Shown here: in pieces, positions 28,989-39,851 of the stretch | Layout of the letters: each line of letters begins with the position of its first letter | Numbering within the stretch: position 1 is the stretch's first letter | DNA from: an uncultured Candidatus Saccharibacteria bacterium | Lineage (GTDB): Bacteria > Patescibacteriota > WWE3 > UBA101185 > 2-01-FULL-41-18 | Length of the DNA stretch: 64,000 nucleotides | Direction: 5' to 3' | Assembly (NCBI GenBank): GCA_964636285.1 | Contig: CAZWQF010000001.1 | Location: forward strand, 7,048-71,047 | The notes under the pieces: generated by a model | Database searches by the model: none | The model's input: the letters and a program-made list of their open reading frames with translations, nothing else | Told to the model about the DNA's origin: nothing | Made by a program: the position numbers and the translations under genes

Positions 28989-30776
28989 ATGGAAAAACAG
29001 GATCTTGAAGAGATAAAATCAAGAACCGACATTGTAACTTTAATCTCTGCATACACTCCGCTTACAAAATCGGGAAGAAATTATAAGGGATTGTGCCCTT
29101 TCCATAACGAGAAAACACCTTCTTTTATGGTTTCACCAGATCTTCAAATTTTTAAGTGTTTTGGGTGTCAAAAGGGTGGGGATGTTTTTAACTTTATTCA
29201 GGAAGCTGAGGGTATAGAATTTGTTGATGCGGCGGTATATTTGGCCGAAAAAGCTGGTGTTAAAATTGAGCTAAAAAAAGGCTCCCCTCAAAATAAAGAT
29301 AGAAAAGATTTAATTAAAGAAATAAATCACAGAGCTTCAGAATTTTATCACTTCATCCTTACAAAGCATCCACTTGGAAAAGATGCACTCGAATATATAA
29401 AAGTGAAAAGAGGTTTATCTGACGAAATGCTCAAAGCATTTAATATTGGTTATGCACCAAATTCTTGGAGAAGCTTAAGTGATTATTTACAGAAGAAAAA
29501 CTATCGAATAGATGACGTTGTGGCATCAGGACTTTCGATTACAAAAGATGGGGGAGGGGTTTATGATAGGTTCAGAGGACGAATTACTTTTCCTATTAAT
29601 GACGTAACTGGAAGCACAATTGGGTTTTCTGCAAGAGCTCTTGGGGACGAGTCACCAAAGTATTTAAATACGCCAGAAACCGAGGTTTTCCATAAAGGGA
29701 AAGTGCTTTATGGAATAGAAAAAGCAAAAGTATTTATTAAAAGAATGGGATTGGCAGTTTTGGTTGAGGGACAGATGGACGTTGTTTCTGCACATATGGC
29801 GGGATTTGGTAATGTTGTTGCATCTGGGGGGACTGCGCTAACTCTTGATCATCTGGAAATTTTAAAAAAACTCACAAAAGACATAGCGTTTTGCTTTGAC
29901 ACTGATTTTGCAGGATTTGAGGCTACTTCAAGAGCCATTGAACTAGCAGAGAGCGTAGGCCTAAATGTGAAAGTCGTGGTAATTCCAAAGCCATTTAAAG
30001 ACCTAGATGAGTGCGTACGAGCGGATAAGGAGGTTTTTGCACAGGCTCTTGAGCAGGCAGGGTCTATATATGACTTTTATTTACTATCTGCCTTTACCAG
30101 AAACAACGTCTTTGACCCCCTTGGCAAAAAGAAGATTGTAGACTTTTTGGCTCCGCTACTTGCAAAAATCAAGAATCCAGTGCTTAAGGAGCACTACATT
30201 AAGAAGGTCGCAGTGGAACTCAATACATCGGAAAGCTCTATTTATGGCCTGGTTGAGGCTTTTTCGGCCAAAAACCAAAATTCTACATCCTATAGAAACG
30301 ATGCTGTGAATGCTTTTGTTGGTTCAAGTTTGCAGGGTACAGCCTTGCAGGAACACATTCTTTCGCTTATACTCAAGACCCCACTTGACTTAGCACAGAC
30401 TAGCCTATATAAATTAGGCCAGCGGGATTTCACGGACAGATCCCTAGAAGGTATTTTTATTGAGTTAAAAGAGCACTTGTTGGGCAGAAAAAGAAAGTTT
30501 GATGTTAAAACTTTCTGCGCTAAACTAGATACAGCTCTTTCTCAAAGAGTAGAAAGCCTTTACCTAAGGGACACTCCGTTCTCTGATGACGAATCGGAAA
30601 CCCAAAAACTAAGGCAAGAAATCTTGGTATCATTAAAAAGGCTTAAAGCCGAAACCGTAAAGCGGGAATTAAAATTAATATCAAACAAAATAAAGGAAGC
30701 CGAATCCTCGTCTAATTTTGAGGAGGTGGAAAGGCTGACAGAAGAGTTTAAAAATGTTTCTGAAAGGCTGATCTAA
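28989..30776 (+). CDS. dnaG: DNA primase
   Basis: Zn-finger CPFHNEKTPSF..C..C, TOPRIM EGQMD, DnaG architecture. Confidence 0.9.
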   Translation: MEKQDLEEIKSRTDIVTLISAYTPLTKSGRNYKGLCPFHNEKTPSFMVSPDLQIFKCFGCQKGGDVFNFIQEAEGIEFVDAAVYLAEKAGVKIELKKGSPQNKDRKDLIKEINHRASEFYHFILTKHPLGKDALEYIKVKRGLSDEMLKAFNIGYAPNSWRSLSDYLQKKNYRIDDVVASGLSITKDGGGVYDRFRGRITFPINDVTGSTIGFSARALGDESPKYLNTPETEVFHKGKVLYGIEKAKVFIKRMGLAVLVEGQMDVVSAHMAGFGNVVASGGTALTLDHLEILKKLTKDIAFCFDTDFAGFEATSRAIELAESVGLNVKVVVIPKPFKDLDECVRADKEVFAQALEQAGSIYDFYLLSAFTRNNVFDPLGKKKIVDFLAPLLAKIKNPVLKEHYIKKVAVELNTSESSIYGLVEAFSAKNQNSTSYRNDAVNAFVGSSLQGTALQEHILSLILKTPLDLAQTSLYKLGQRDFTDRSLEGIFIELKEHLLGRKRKFDVKTFCAKLDTALSQRVESLYLRDTPFSDDESETQKLRQEILVSLKRLKAETVKRELKLISNKIKEAESSSNFEEVERLTEEFKNVSERLI

Positions 30777-30779
30777 ATT

Positions 30780-32033
30780 ATGAAAAACACAAAGGCTAAG
30801 TTTAAAAAAATAAAAGATACAAAACCAGAAAAAGTAGAAAAAAAATTAGCCACAAAAACAAAAGCACCTGTTCCAGCCAAAGTGGATGTAAAGAAAGGAT
30901 CAAAGGAGCAGGTAGCTGAAGTTGTAGCATCTGTAAAAGAGCTATCTCCCAAAGATAAAGCAAAAAGAGAGCTTAATTTAAAAAAGCTAATTGTTAAAGG
31001 TAAGAAGCAAGGGTTTTTGACTCAAGAGGACGTGCTTGCACTATTTCCTGAGGCAGAAGAAAACATTACTGAGCTTGATGATCTCTATGGAAAACTTCTT
31101 GAAGCTGGAGTTGACGTTTTTGATAACACCGCGATTGAGGAAACCGAAAAAGAAGAAGAAGCTCCAGTAGAAATTGACCTTACGGAATTCACTGTAGATA
31201 AAGCAGTTTCCACAGATCCAGTCAGAATGTATCTAAGGGAAATTGGAAAAGTAGCGCTTTTAAAGGCTCCAGATGAAGTGGCTTTGGCAAAAGCTGCAGA
31301 AAAAGGAGATAAAGTTGCAACTGATAAGCTTATTGGAGCAAACCTTAGACTTGTAGTCTCTATCGCAAAAAAATATATGGGTAGAGGACTTCCTTTCCTT
31401 GATTTAATTCAGGAAGGGAACATTGGGCTCATGAGAGCGGTTGAAAAATTTGACTGGCGAAGAGGATTCAAGTTTTCTACATACGCAACATGGTGGATCA
31501 GACAGGCTATTACAAGAGCAATTGCTGACCACGCAAGAACAATAAGAATTCCTGTTCACATGATTGAAACAATAAACAAATTCAAGAGAATTCAGAGAAA
31601 GCTTGAGCAGGAGCTTGAAAGACCTCCAAAGCCAGAAGAAGTAGCAAAAGAAATGGGAATTGATGTGGAGAAGGCAAATGAAATCATTAAAATTTCTCAA
31701 GAACCTACATCAATTGAAACTCCAGTAGGAAAAGAGGAGGATTCAAAGCTTAAGGAGTTTATCCCAGATCTTGATATTGAGTCTCCTTTTGAAGCTGCAA
31801 GTTATGAGCTTTTAAAAGGTCACTTGGATGAAGTGTTGCAGACACTAAATCCAAGAGAGCAAAAAGTTCTTGAATTAAGATTTGGACTTAAAGATGGAAG
31901 GCCAAGAACTCTTGAGGAAGTAGGAAAAGAATTTGGTGTCACAAGAGAAAGAATCAGGCAGATTGAAGCCAAAGCTCTGAGAAAACTCAGACACCCCTCA
32001 AGAAGTAAAAAACTTAGAGATTACCTTGGATAG
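30780..32033 (+). CDS. rpoD: RNA polymerase sigma-70 factor RpoD
   Basis: Regions 1.2-4 conserved ([46 protein letters not shown], region 4 HTH). Confidence 0.9.
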   Translation: MKNTKAKFKKIKDTKPEKVEKKLATKTKAPVPAKVDVKKGSKEQVAEVVASVKELSPKDKAKRELNLKKLIVKGKKQGFLTQEDVLALFPEAEENITELDDLYGKLLEAGVDVFDNTAIEETEKEEEAPVEIDLTEFTVDKAVSTDPVRMYLREIGKVALLKAPDEVALAKAAEKGDKVATDKLIGANLRLVVSIAKKYMGRGLPFLDLIQEGNIGLMRAVEKFDWRRGFKFSTYATWWIRQAITRAIADHARTIRIPVHMIETINKFKRIQRKLEQELERPPKPEEVAKEMGIDVEKANEIIKISQEPTSIETPVGKEEDSKLKEFIPDLDIESPFEAASYELLKGHLDEVLQTLNPREQKVLELRFGLKDGRPRTLEEVGKEFGVTRERIRQIEAKALRKLRHPSRSKKLRDYLG

Positions 32034-32058
32034 TAAGTAATTTAATCTTGGGGCGGTT

Positions 32059-33255
32059 ATGAAAATAGCCTTAGTAACAGACACTTTCTTACCTCAGATA
32101 AATGGCATTGCAACCTATGTTGCAAACATTGCTGAGGAGCTTGGAAGAAGAGGTCATGAGGTACTCATAATCGCTCCTAAGATTAAAAATCCCCACAGAA
32201 AAAAGTTTTCAGCAAAAAATGTAAAGGTAGTAGAGGTGGTATCAGTACCAGTGGACTTTTTATACACTGAATTTAAAGTTCCCGTTATGGGATTTCCTAA
32301 AGTTCTATCTGCGCTTAATGATTTTAAACCTGACTTAATTCATTTTCAGATGCCCCTACCTCTTGGTGTTGATTCAATTCTTTGTTCAAAGATTTTAAAC
32401 ATTCCGTTGGTTTCTACCTTGCATACATTTATGACGGCGTCTGAGTACTTACTCGTTTTAATGCCCGAAAAATTTGCCAACAAGCCTGTTACGGACTTTA
32501 TTATGAATCTTAGTAATTTTATGTACAGCGCTGCGGATTTAAGAATAAGCGTTTCAAAAGAGTTAATCACCGAACTCAAAAAATCAGGTTATAGAAAAGA
32601 AGTGAAATATATCCCAAGCTGCGTTTTGCTACCTGATCCAGAAAACAAGAAGCATGTTGACGTAAAAGCATTGAAAAAGAAGCTTGGGCTTAGGACAGAT
32701 CTTAAAACGGTACTACATTTTGGAAGGATTTCCGGAGAAAAAATGGTAGGGGAGGTAATTGAAGCATTTTCAAAGATGAAAACAAAGGATTCCCAGCTTC
32801 TTATAATTGGAGACGGTCCTGTAAAAAAAGACCTAGAAGGCTTAGTCAAAGAATTAGATCTTGAGAAAAGGGTAGTTTTCACTGGCTTTATTGATCATCA
32901 GGAGCTTGTTTCATCAGGCATTTTATACGTTGGAGATGTATTTATTACGGCCAGTACTACTGAAAATAACCCAATGGTAGCTCTTGAATCCATGGCTCAC
33001 GGACTTCCTCTTATTGCTCCTGCTGCAGGTGGGCTAAAAAGTCTGGTAGATGGAAACGGGTTTTTAGTTGATCCCCATGATGTGGAAGGTTTTTCAAAAT
33101 CGTTAGACCTAGTTTTGTCAGATCCAAAACTCCACTTAAAGTTCTCAAAAAAGTCTTTACTTCTTGCTGAAGAAAGATCCGTAGAAAATGTTGTTACAAA
33201 GCTTCTTGTAGAGTACAAAAAAGCAATTCAAAAAAAGCAAGCCTTGAGATTGTAG
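32059..33255 (+). CDS. glycosyltransferase family 4 (GT-B fold)
   Basis: C-terminal EGFSKSLD... and E-x7-E-like GT4 motif region; overall GT4 architecture. Confidence 0.7.
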   Translation: MKIALVTDTFLPQINGIATYVANIAEELGRRGHEVLIIAPKIKNPHRKKFSAKNVKVVEVVSVPVDFLYTEFKVPVMGFPKVLSALNDFKPDLIHFQMPLPLGVDSILCSKILNIPLVSTLHTFMTASEYLLVLMPEKFANKPVTDFIMNLSNFMYSAADLRISVSKELITELKKSGYRKEVKYIPSCVLLPDPENKKHVDVKALKKKLGLRTDLKTVLHFGRISGEKMVGEVIEAFSKMKTKDSQLLIIGDGPVKKDLEGLVKELDLEKRVVFTGFIDHQELVSSGILYVGDVFITASTTENNPMVALESMAHGLPLIAPAAGGLKSLVDGNGFLVDPHDVEGFSKSLDLVLSDPKLHLKFSKKSLLLAEERSVENVVTKLLVEYKKAIQKKQALRL

Positions 33256-33278
33256 GCTGGTTTAATTTACAATATTGC

Positions 33279-34421
33279 TTGATGCCCAAAAAAACTGCCA
33301 TAAAACCCAATTCAAAGTCTTCAAAAAAGGCTCAAGACAATGCTAAAGCATCTTTTTGGCCGTCGTTCTCACTAAGCAGGCATGTGCTTAGAGACATAAA
33401 AACTATTTGGTCTTATAAAATCACAAAGCTTTTTGCAGGACTTTTAGTTCTGGTTCTTGTTTCGCCATTTATTGTTGCCTTTTCATTAAATTTGCACCCA
33501 GCAAAGAGTATAGACTACGGCGTAACTTTTAGCCCGCCCTATGCCACTTCGCTTGGATTTGATTGGCGAAAAATGTACATTGATATCCTTGATGACCTAA
33601 AAGTTAATAATTTTAGGCTGGTTGCATACTGGAATAGAGTTGAGCCAGAAGAGGGTAAATATGACTTTTCCGAACTCGATTGGCAGATTGATGAAGCAAG
33701 AAAAAGAGATGCAAAGGTAATACTTTCGATTGGAAGAAAAGTCCCAAGATGGCCTGAGTGCCATGATCCAGAGTGGCTCAAATCAAAGTCTAAAGCAGAT
33801 CAGGAAAAAGCAACCTTGAAGCTCCTAGAAGCTTTGGTGACTCATTTCAAAGGCTATGAGAACATCTCCATGTGGCAGGTTGAAAATGAGCCTTATTTTC
33901 CGTTTGGTGAGTGTACTCCTCCAAGATGGGAATTCATAAATCAGGAAATGGAGCTTGTAAAAAAGCTTGACCCGTCAAGACAAACAATCACGCAAGATAG
34001 TGGCGAAGGGGGATTGTGGAAGCCAACTTACCTTTTGAATGGGGAGTATCTTGGAATCTCAATGTACAGGCGAATTTGGTACGACTTCTGGGGAGTTTTT
34101 CTAGGGCACAGCATATTTTTTGAGTACCCGCTTTCTTATTGGTCTTACCCATTAAAAGCTCGAATTGCAGGAGTGCCACTTGAGAAAGTAAAAGTTCTTG
34201 AACTTCAAGCCGAGCCTTGGGGTGATGGCGCTGTTGATAATCTTTCGCAAGAGATTAAAGACAAAACTATGTCTAAGGATAAGTTTTTAGAGACAATAAG
34301 TTACGCACAAAAAACCGGAATAAACACATTGTATTTCTGGGGAGTAGAGTGGTGGTACTGGGAAAAATACTCAAACAATAATCCATTCTTCTGGGAAGCC
34401 TCCAAAGCATTCTGGAGATAG
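33279..34421 (+). CDS. membrane-anchored clan GH-A glycoside hydrolase (GH42/GH5-like TIM barrel)
   Basis: WNRVEPEEGKYDFSELD block and catalytic WQVENEP; N-terminal TM anchor. Confidence 0.5.
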   Translation: MMPKKTAIKPNSKSSKKAQDNAKASFWPSFSLSRHVLRDIKTIWSYKITKLFAGLLVLVLVSPFIVAFSLNLHPAKSIDYGVTFSPPYATSLGFDWRKMYIDILDDLKVNNFRLVAYWNRVEPEEGKYDFSELDWQIDEARKRDAKVILSIGRKVPRWPECHDPEWLKSKSKADQEKATLKLLEALVTHFKGYENISMWQVENEPYFPFGECTPPRWEFINQEMELVKKLDPSRQTITQDSGEGGLWKPTYLLNGEYLGISMYRRIWYDFWGVFLGHSIFFEYPLSYWSYPLKARIAGVPLEKVKVLELQAEPWGDGAVDNLSQEIKDKTMSKDKFLETISYAQKTGINTLYFWGVEWWYWEKYSNNNPFFWEASKAFWR

Positions 34422-34436
34422 AGTAGATAAAAAGAA

Positions 34437-34503
34437 AGGCCGGCACCCTCTCTCCCTGTCCTCGACCCTCACGGGTCTGCGGGCGGTCGTTCGGACGCCG
34501 GCC
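34437..34503. repeat. GC-rich structured intergenic repeat, copy B (inverted relative to 18872-18945)
   Basis: Reverse complement matches 18875-18940; flanked by ggccggc...gccggcc closing stem; convergent gene junction. Confidence 0.7.
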
Positions 34504-34515
34504 TTTGCTTGTTAT

Positions 34516-34830
34516 TTACTTAAGTTTTAGAGTGCCTTTTAGAGACTCCTTTATTTTCTTGGCATTTTCTTTGATTAATGGTTCGTTTTTGCCGTATTCT
34601 TCAACTACTTTATCTACAATCTTTTTGTAAGATTCTTCTGTTAACTCTTTTGTTTCAGAGAGTCTTTTTTCAAGTTCGATTTTAAGTTTATCTGTTACTT
34701 CCTTAAGTTTTTTCCTAGTTTCTTTTCCTTCTTGTGGTGCAAAAAGCACGCCCATTGCAGTACCAACTAAGGCTCCAAGAATAACTCCGGCTGGGAACAA
34801 TACATTGTTTGAATTTTTATTATTTGGCAT
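34516..34830 (-). CDS. YtxH-domain protein
   Basis: N-terminal TM + GVLFAPQEGKETRKKL YtxH signature; start placed at MPNNKN. Confidence 0.6.
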   Translation of the reverse strand: MPNNKNSNNVLFPAGVILGALVGTAMGVLFAPQEGKETRKKLKEVTDKLKIELEKRLSETKELTEESYKKIVDKVVEEYGKNEPLIKENAKKIKESLKGTLKLK

Positions 34831-34903
34831 ACGTAGATTATAGCATTCTAAGAGAATCGCTAAACATAATTCATTCAAAAGGTTATAATAAAGCTCTAAT
34901 TGT

Positions 34904-36658
34904 ATGTACAAGATAGATAAGAAAAAGATTTTAATAGCAGTTGCTTGGCCGTATGTAAATGGAGACTTGCACATTGGGCATTATGCTGGTTACTTATTGC
35001 CGGCAGACATTTCTGCAAGGTTTCACAGGCTGATGGGAAGAGATGTTCTAATGGTCTCAGGCTCAGACTGCTTTGGAACACCCATAACTGTTGAAGCAGA
35101 TAGACTTGGAAAAGCTCCAAAAGACATAGTAGAAACTTACCATCAAAGAGACGTGGACTTAATGAAAACTCTACAGATGTCTTATGACCTTTACACAAAA
35201 ACAGACACACCAAACCATAGAAGACTAACCCAGGAAATATTCATAAAAATGATGGACGAAGGGTACATATTTAAAGATAAGTCCACCCAGTACTATTCGG
35301 ATACTGAAAAAAGATTTTTACCGGATAGATACGTAGAAGGAAAATGTCCAAAATGCGGTTTTGAAGGTGCACGAAGCGATCAATGCGATAAATGTAGCGC
35401 AGTTCTTGATCAAGGTGAGCTGTTAAATCCAATGAGCAAAAATACAAAGACGCCTGTTTCGTTAAAAGAAACTGAGCATTACTTTATAGACTGGACAAAA
35501 CTCCAAACATTTCTTGAGTTTTTTGTTGGGGATCCAAAACTTCACCCTCTTGGCTGGAGAGATTGGGTGCTATCTGAAACAAGAGGCTGGCTTAGGCAGG
35601 GCCTTAAACCCAGAGCAATAACCCGTGACTTGGACTGGGGAGTTGAGCTACCGGCAGAGAGAATTCCTGGAACTTTGAAGATAGAAAACATGGAGAACAA
35701 GAGAATATATGTTTGGTTTGATGCAGTAATCGGTTATCTATCAGCAAGCATGGAGTGGGCGGAAATTCATAATGATGACTGGAGAAGATTTTGGTATGGA
35801 AAGCAGATTACTCATTACTATTTCATGGGTAAAGATAATCTTATTTTCCACGCTCTTTTCTGGCCTGGACAACTCCACGTGTACGATCCTGAGCTTCATC
35901 TTCCTGATTTTTTGGCCATTAACCAGTTTTTAAATCTTGAAGGTAAAAAGTTTTCAAAAAGCAGAGGAGTTATTGTTGACACAAAATATTTAGTTGAGAA
36001 GTATGGAAACGACATAGTTAGATTTTACCTCTGTCTCATAATGCCTGAGGAGAATGATTCCAACTTTTCATGGGATGATTTTTGTGAAAAAACTAACAAT
36101 GTTTTAATTGGAAACATAGGCAACCTTTTTAACAGGGTACTTACATTAGCTAAGGGCGTAGATTTTTCTAAATATTCTGTAGATGATATTTCCTCAAGAG
36201 ATAAGCATACTGCCTTTTCCTCTATGGAAGATGTAGAAAACTTTGTTACAGAGACTTACACTGAGTGCCTAGAAACTTTGGAGCAGTCAAAATTTAAGGC
36301 ATATTTAACAGCAATAATCTCGCTTTCAAGCTTTGCAAATTATTTTATGAGCATTAGGACTCCTTGGAAGTTTAAGGAAAATAATGTGGAGTGGTTTGAA
36401 AAATCCATGTTTAATCTTGTAGTTGTAATTGTTGAGCTTTCTTATCTTTTGATGCCTCTTCTTCCGAATGCAGCTCAGAGAATGTTTGCAGACTTAGGCT
36501 TGGAGTTTCCAGCCACATGGCCTTCAAAAGATGAAGACTTACTAGCATTCTTTATTGCCAAGGCAAAAAGCGTTCGAATAGAAAACGCCGCGCCTATTTT
36601 CTCAAAAATTGATCTTCTAGATATTGATGAAGAAAAGAAAAAGCTCCCTGAAAAATAA
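34904..36658 (+). CDS. metG: methionine--tRNA ligase
   Basis: HIGH motif (DLHIGH), Zn knuckle CPKCG...CDKC, KFSKS. Confidence 0.9.
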   Translation: MYKIDKKKILIAVAWPYVNGDLHIGHYAGYLLPADISARFHRLMGRDVLMVSGSDCFGTPITVEADRLGKAPKDIVETYHQRDVDLMKTLQMSYDLYTKTDTPNHRRLTQEIFIKMMDEGYIFKDKSTQYYSDTEKRFLPDRYVEGKCPKCGFEGARSDQCDKCSAVLDQGELLNPMSKNTKTPVSLKETEHYFIDWTKLQTFLEFFVGDPKLHPLGWRDWVLSETRGWLRQGLKPRAITRDLDWGVELPAERIPGTLKIENMENKRIYVWFDAVIGYLSASMEWAEIHNDDWRRFWYGKQITHYYFMGKDNLIFHALFWPGQLHVYDPELHLPDFLAINQFLNLEGKKFSKSRGVIVDTKYLVEKYGNDIVRFYLCLIMPEENDSNFSWDDFCEKTNNVLIGNIGNLFNRVLTLAKGVDFSKYSVDDISSRDKHTAFSSMEDVENFVTETYTECLETLEQSKFKAYLTAIISLSSFANYFMSIRTPWKFKENNVEWFEKSMFNLVVVIVELSYLLMPLLPNAAQRMFADLGLEFPATWPSKDEDLLAFFIAKAKSVRIENAAPIFSKIDLLDIDEEKKKLPEK

Positions 36659-36695
36659 CAAGGAGCTGTTTTCTTTTACTTCAATTTCTTTTTAG

Positions 36696-37358
36696 TTACT
36701 CTTTATTTTCACTAACAGTTAATGAAATTGCAGTTGTTTTTTCTGCTTTATCTTGGTACATGTAAACTGTCAAAGAGGTATTACCTTTCTTTGAAGTTAC
36801 TGTAGATCCCATACTGCTGTTGTATGTAGATTCTTCCTTCCATCCTGCATCTTCAAGTGCTGATTTGTAGTATGCGTTTACCGTATCAACATCATCGGAT
36901 GTAGAAAGTACAGCCATGTAGAATGTGTTTCCAATCTTTGTGCTGGACTTTGAGCTTGATACAACTTTTGCGCCGTCATAAAGTGGTACATCTGTTGGGA
37001 ATCCTTCAGGTAGCTTACTGTCTCCTACGGAGAATGTGGAGCCATCATCACCTTTGACCTCAAACTTGCCTTCGTCAAAGTTGGTATCAATATCTATTTT
37101 TTTGCCTGTTTCTTTTTCGATCTGATTCTCAATTACACTTTCAACTCCTTTTTCAGTAAGTTTGGAAGTAAGTGTTTTTGATGCAGTTCTAGCAAAGAGT
37201 GCTCCGGCAACACCAACTACAATGACTAATACAAGGCAACATCCTAAAATTCCTAGAACTACTTTGAGTGCTGTGTTTGATTTGTTGCCCTGCGCAGGTT
37301 GTTGAGGCTGTGTTGGTTGTGCCTGTACTGGCTGTGAATTTTGTACTTGTTCAGACAT
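36696..37358 (-). CDS. hypothetical membrane-anchored secreted protein (Q/P-rich N-terminus)
   Basis: ORF with single TM after low-complexity N-terminus. Confidence 0.4.
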   Translation of the reverse strand: MSEQVQNSQPVQAQPTQPQQPAQGNKSNTALKVVLGILGCCLVLVIVVGVAGALFARTASKTLTSKLTEKGVESVIENQIEKETGKKIDIDTNFDEGKFEVKGDDGSTFSVGDSKLPEGFPTDVPLYDGAKVVSSSKSSTKIGNTFYMAVLSTSDDVDTVNAYYKSALEDAGWKEESTYNSSMGSTVTSKKGNTSLTVYMYQDKAEKTTAISLTVSENKE

Positions 37359-37407
37359 AATAACAATTTCAAGAGGCGGAGATTTTACCCCCGCCCCACA
37401 ATATTCC

Positions 37408-37758
37408 TTACTTAATTAACTTAAACTGACCGATAAGTGGTAATGGTTTCATTGTTCCATTTACCACATTCATGATTCCAAGAACCATGTAAACAAGTCC
37501 TCCGATTGCAACAATAGGAAGGATTAAAAATCCTATGAGTACTACTGAAAGTACTGTTGCGGCAACGTTTCCAACTACCAAGAAAATTAGGAGGTTGAGG
37601 TGTTGGTTGGCATGGAATTTAGCAAACTCATTGTTCTTGAGTTCATCCATTACCATAGGTAAAAAGAATAAGAACGGTAAAACATAACCCAAAATTGCAA
37701 TTAGCTTTGCCTGGTCCATTCCTGTACCTTGTGTGCTTGGTTGTGCATTTTGATCCAT
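37408..37758 (-). CDS. DUF4870-family membrane protein
   Basis: KFHANQ motif and 2-3 TM topology typical of DUF4870. Confidence 0.5.
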   Translation of the reverse strand: MDQNAQPSTQGTGMDQAKLIAILGYVLPFLFFLPMVMDELKNNEFAKFHANQHLNLLIFLVVGNVAATVLSVVLIGFLILPIVAIGGLVYMVLGIMNVVNGTMKPLPLIGQFKLIK

Positions 37759-37825
37759 TAAATATCACCGCCTTTCTAATCTAAAAGCATCATATTACCT
37801 AAAGCATTGCAGAGCAAGCGCAGGA

Positions 37826-38143
37826 CTAAAGCTCTAGGTCTGATAGCTTATCTTCACCAAAATCATCAGGATTTGCGTCCTTAATGATAGTGTCTAGGGA
37901 GTTTAGCTCCTGATCAATGTCAGCTTTTGGATCTTCCGGAATAGCCTTTTTTGAATCATTTTCAAGCTCTGATTTTGTCTGCTCTGGCGTTTTTTCCGTA
38001 ACAGTTTGCCCTTCCTGGTTTTGAACAGCAGGTGTTTGTAAGCTAGTTGGCGCTGGTTTTGCTTTAGTGGCAACCAAATACCCCACTCCCGCTAATACTA
38101 GGATAGCCAGAAATACAAAAAGAATATTTTTTGGAGAATTCAT
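37826..38143 (-). CDS. hypothetical small secreted protein
   Basis: N-terminal TM/signal, acidic low-complexity tail. Confidence 0.35.
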   Translation of the reverse strand: MNSPKNILFVFLAILVLAGVGYLVATKAKPAPTSLQTPAVQNQEGQTVTEKTPEQTKSELENDSKKAIPEDPKADIDQELNSLDTIIKDANPDDFGEDKLSDLEL

Positions 38144-38212
38144 ATATTTATTGTAACTGTCGTAACCAGCCGGTCAAGGTTTTGACCGGCGCAGGTTACA
38201 CTATAAACGATA

Positions 38213-38845
38213 TTACTGGTTTTCAGAGGATTTACTATCCTTAATCTGCTCTCTGAGGCTCTTCATTTCTGGCCTGATTGTTTCAATGATGTATTTTCTA
38301 ATTTCTACAGCATCCTGAAACACTACAATTCTTGCTGCTTTAGCTTCATTGAGCTTTGCAACAAAGTCTCCTTGTGAGGCTCCACATGTGTAGTTCTTTG
38401 TTTCCTCAAGCTTTGATATGAAGGTCTGATAGTCAGAAGCCATGTCCTGTATTTTGCTATCAAGCTCTTTAAGGTAAGTCTCAAGATTTCCTGTGCTATA
38501 GCCTTTTTCTTTAAGTCTTGCTACAAGATTTGTGACAGCCTCCTTGATATGCTTATACCTCTCAACATGGTTTTCTTTGTTTTCCTGGAATTTAGAGAGT
38601 TTATTTTGAATTCTTCCCTCAACAACATTACATCTTTCCTCTTTTTTCTCCTCCCTCTCTTCTTTTCTTTCTTCTCTTGCGTTTTCTCTTTCCTCTTTAT
38701 TTTCTTGCATTTGAGTTCTGAACTTTTCTCCACCTTCGTTAAAATCAGGCTTTGTAGAATTCTCAGCAAATGCTACTCCTGATGAGAGCAAAATTGCCGA
38801 ACCTGCCAGACCTGCTACTATTTTGATTTTGGTTGTGTTAAACAT
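38213..38845 (-). CDS. hypothetical secreted coiled-coil protein with K/E/R-rich repeat
   Basis: Signal peptide; EERENAREERKEEREEKKEER low-complexity; coiled coil. Confidence 0.4.
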   Translation of the reverse strand: MFNTTKIKIVAGLAGSAILLSSGVAFAENSTKPDFNEGGEKFRTQMQENKEERENAREERKEEREEKKEERCNVVEGRIQNKLSKFQENKENHVERYKHIKEAVTNLVARLKEKGYSTGNLETYLKELDSKIQDMASDYQTFISKLEETKNYTCGASQGDFVAKLNEAKAARIVVFQDAVEIRKYIIETIRPEMKSLREQIKDSKSSENQ

Positions 38846-38882
38846 ACTTTCACCTCCTTAACTTGTATATTACAGGGCAAAC

Positions 38883-39851
38883 TTAAGAAAAAGATAAGAA
38901 AAATGAGGATCCCTTACCCAGCTTGCTTTCAACTCTAATCTTGCCTTTATTTTGCTCTACAAGCTTTTTTGCAATGGCAAGCCCAAGACCACTTCCAGAT
39001 CCTTTGTTTCCGGAAACTCTATAAAATCTTTCAAATACATGTGAAATCTCACTATCTGGAATTCCCACCCCCTCATCCGCAACCACAATCTCAATGAATC
39101 TTTTTGTTTGGACAGCCTTAATATGTATTTTTGTGGACTCAGAAGAATACTTGATACCGTTATCAATGAGAATTAACATAACTTGTTTTATCTGGTCTCT
39201 GTTCGCTCTTATCATAATACCTTCTGAGACTTGAGCTACAATATCAATCTTTTTTTCTTGAGCTTGTGCTTTCATTTGACTTGCCACCTCTGTTATTAAT
39301 TCCGATATTTTTATGTCAACTACTTGGCTTTGGCTACCGTTTTCTTTTCGAACAAGGAATAGCAGTCCGTCGGTAAGCTTTGACATTCTTTTTACCTCCT
39401 CCTGAATGCTTAGGAACGTCTCTTTGTTTTGTAAAAAAGATTTGTTGTCAGTTCGCTTTAATGATTCTATTTCCATGTTAATTGTAGTAAGTGGGGTTCT
39501 GAGCTCATGAGATGCATCCTGCGAAAACTCTTCCTGTCTTTGAACCATTTCTTGAATTGGTTTAAGAGTGTAACCACTTAAAAAGTAACTTGCAATTGAA
39601 GCTCCAAACAGTACTGCTACATTAAAGGTCATTAAAGTTTCAATAAAGTCAGAATCAAATGCTCTAAGCCTGTTTTCCATAAGTTTGGACAGATTAGGTC
39701 TTTGTGTTCTATCGCTTAAAATCGCATCAATTTTTTTAAAGGCTCTTCTTTCCGATTGAATTGCAGCAAAAGAAAATGCGCCAAGCATTACGGCACTTAA
39801 AATGATATATAGAAATGTCAGTTTTAACCTTGCTTTTAAAAATTCGTTCAT
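38883..39851 (-). CDS. sensor histidine kinase (HisKA + HATPase_c)
   Basis: H-box SHELRTPL, N/G boxes (DNGIGI, GSGLGL). Confidence 0.85.
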   Translation of the reverse strand: MNEFLKARLKLTFLYIILSAVMLGAFSFAAIQSERRAFKKIDAILSDRTQRPNLSKLMENRLRAFDSDFIETLMTFNVAVLFGASIASYFLSGYTLKPIQEMVQRQEEFSQDASHELRTPLTTINMEIESLKRTDNKSFLQNKETFLSIQEEVKRMSKLTDGLLFLVRKENGSQSQVVDIKISELITEVASQMKAQAQEKKIDIVAQVSEGIMIRANRDQIKQVMLILIDNGIKYSSESTKIHIKAVQTKRFIEIVVADEGVGIPDSEISHVFERFYRVSGNKGSGSGLGLAIAKKLVEQNKGKIRVESKLGKGSSFFLSFS

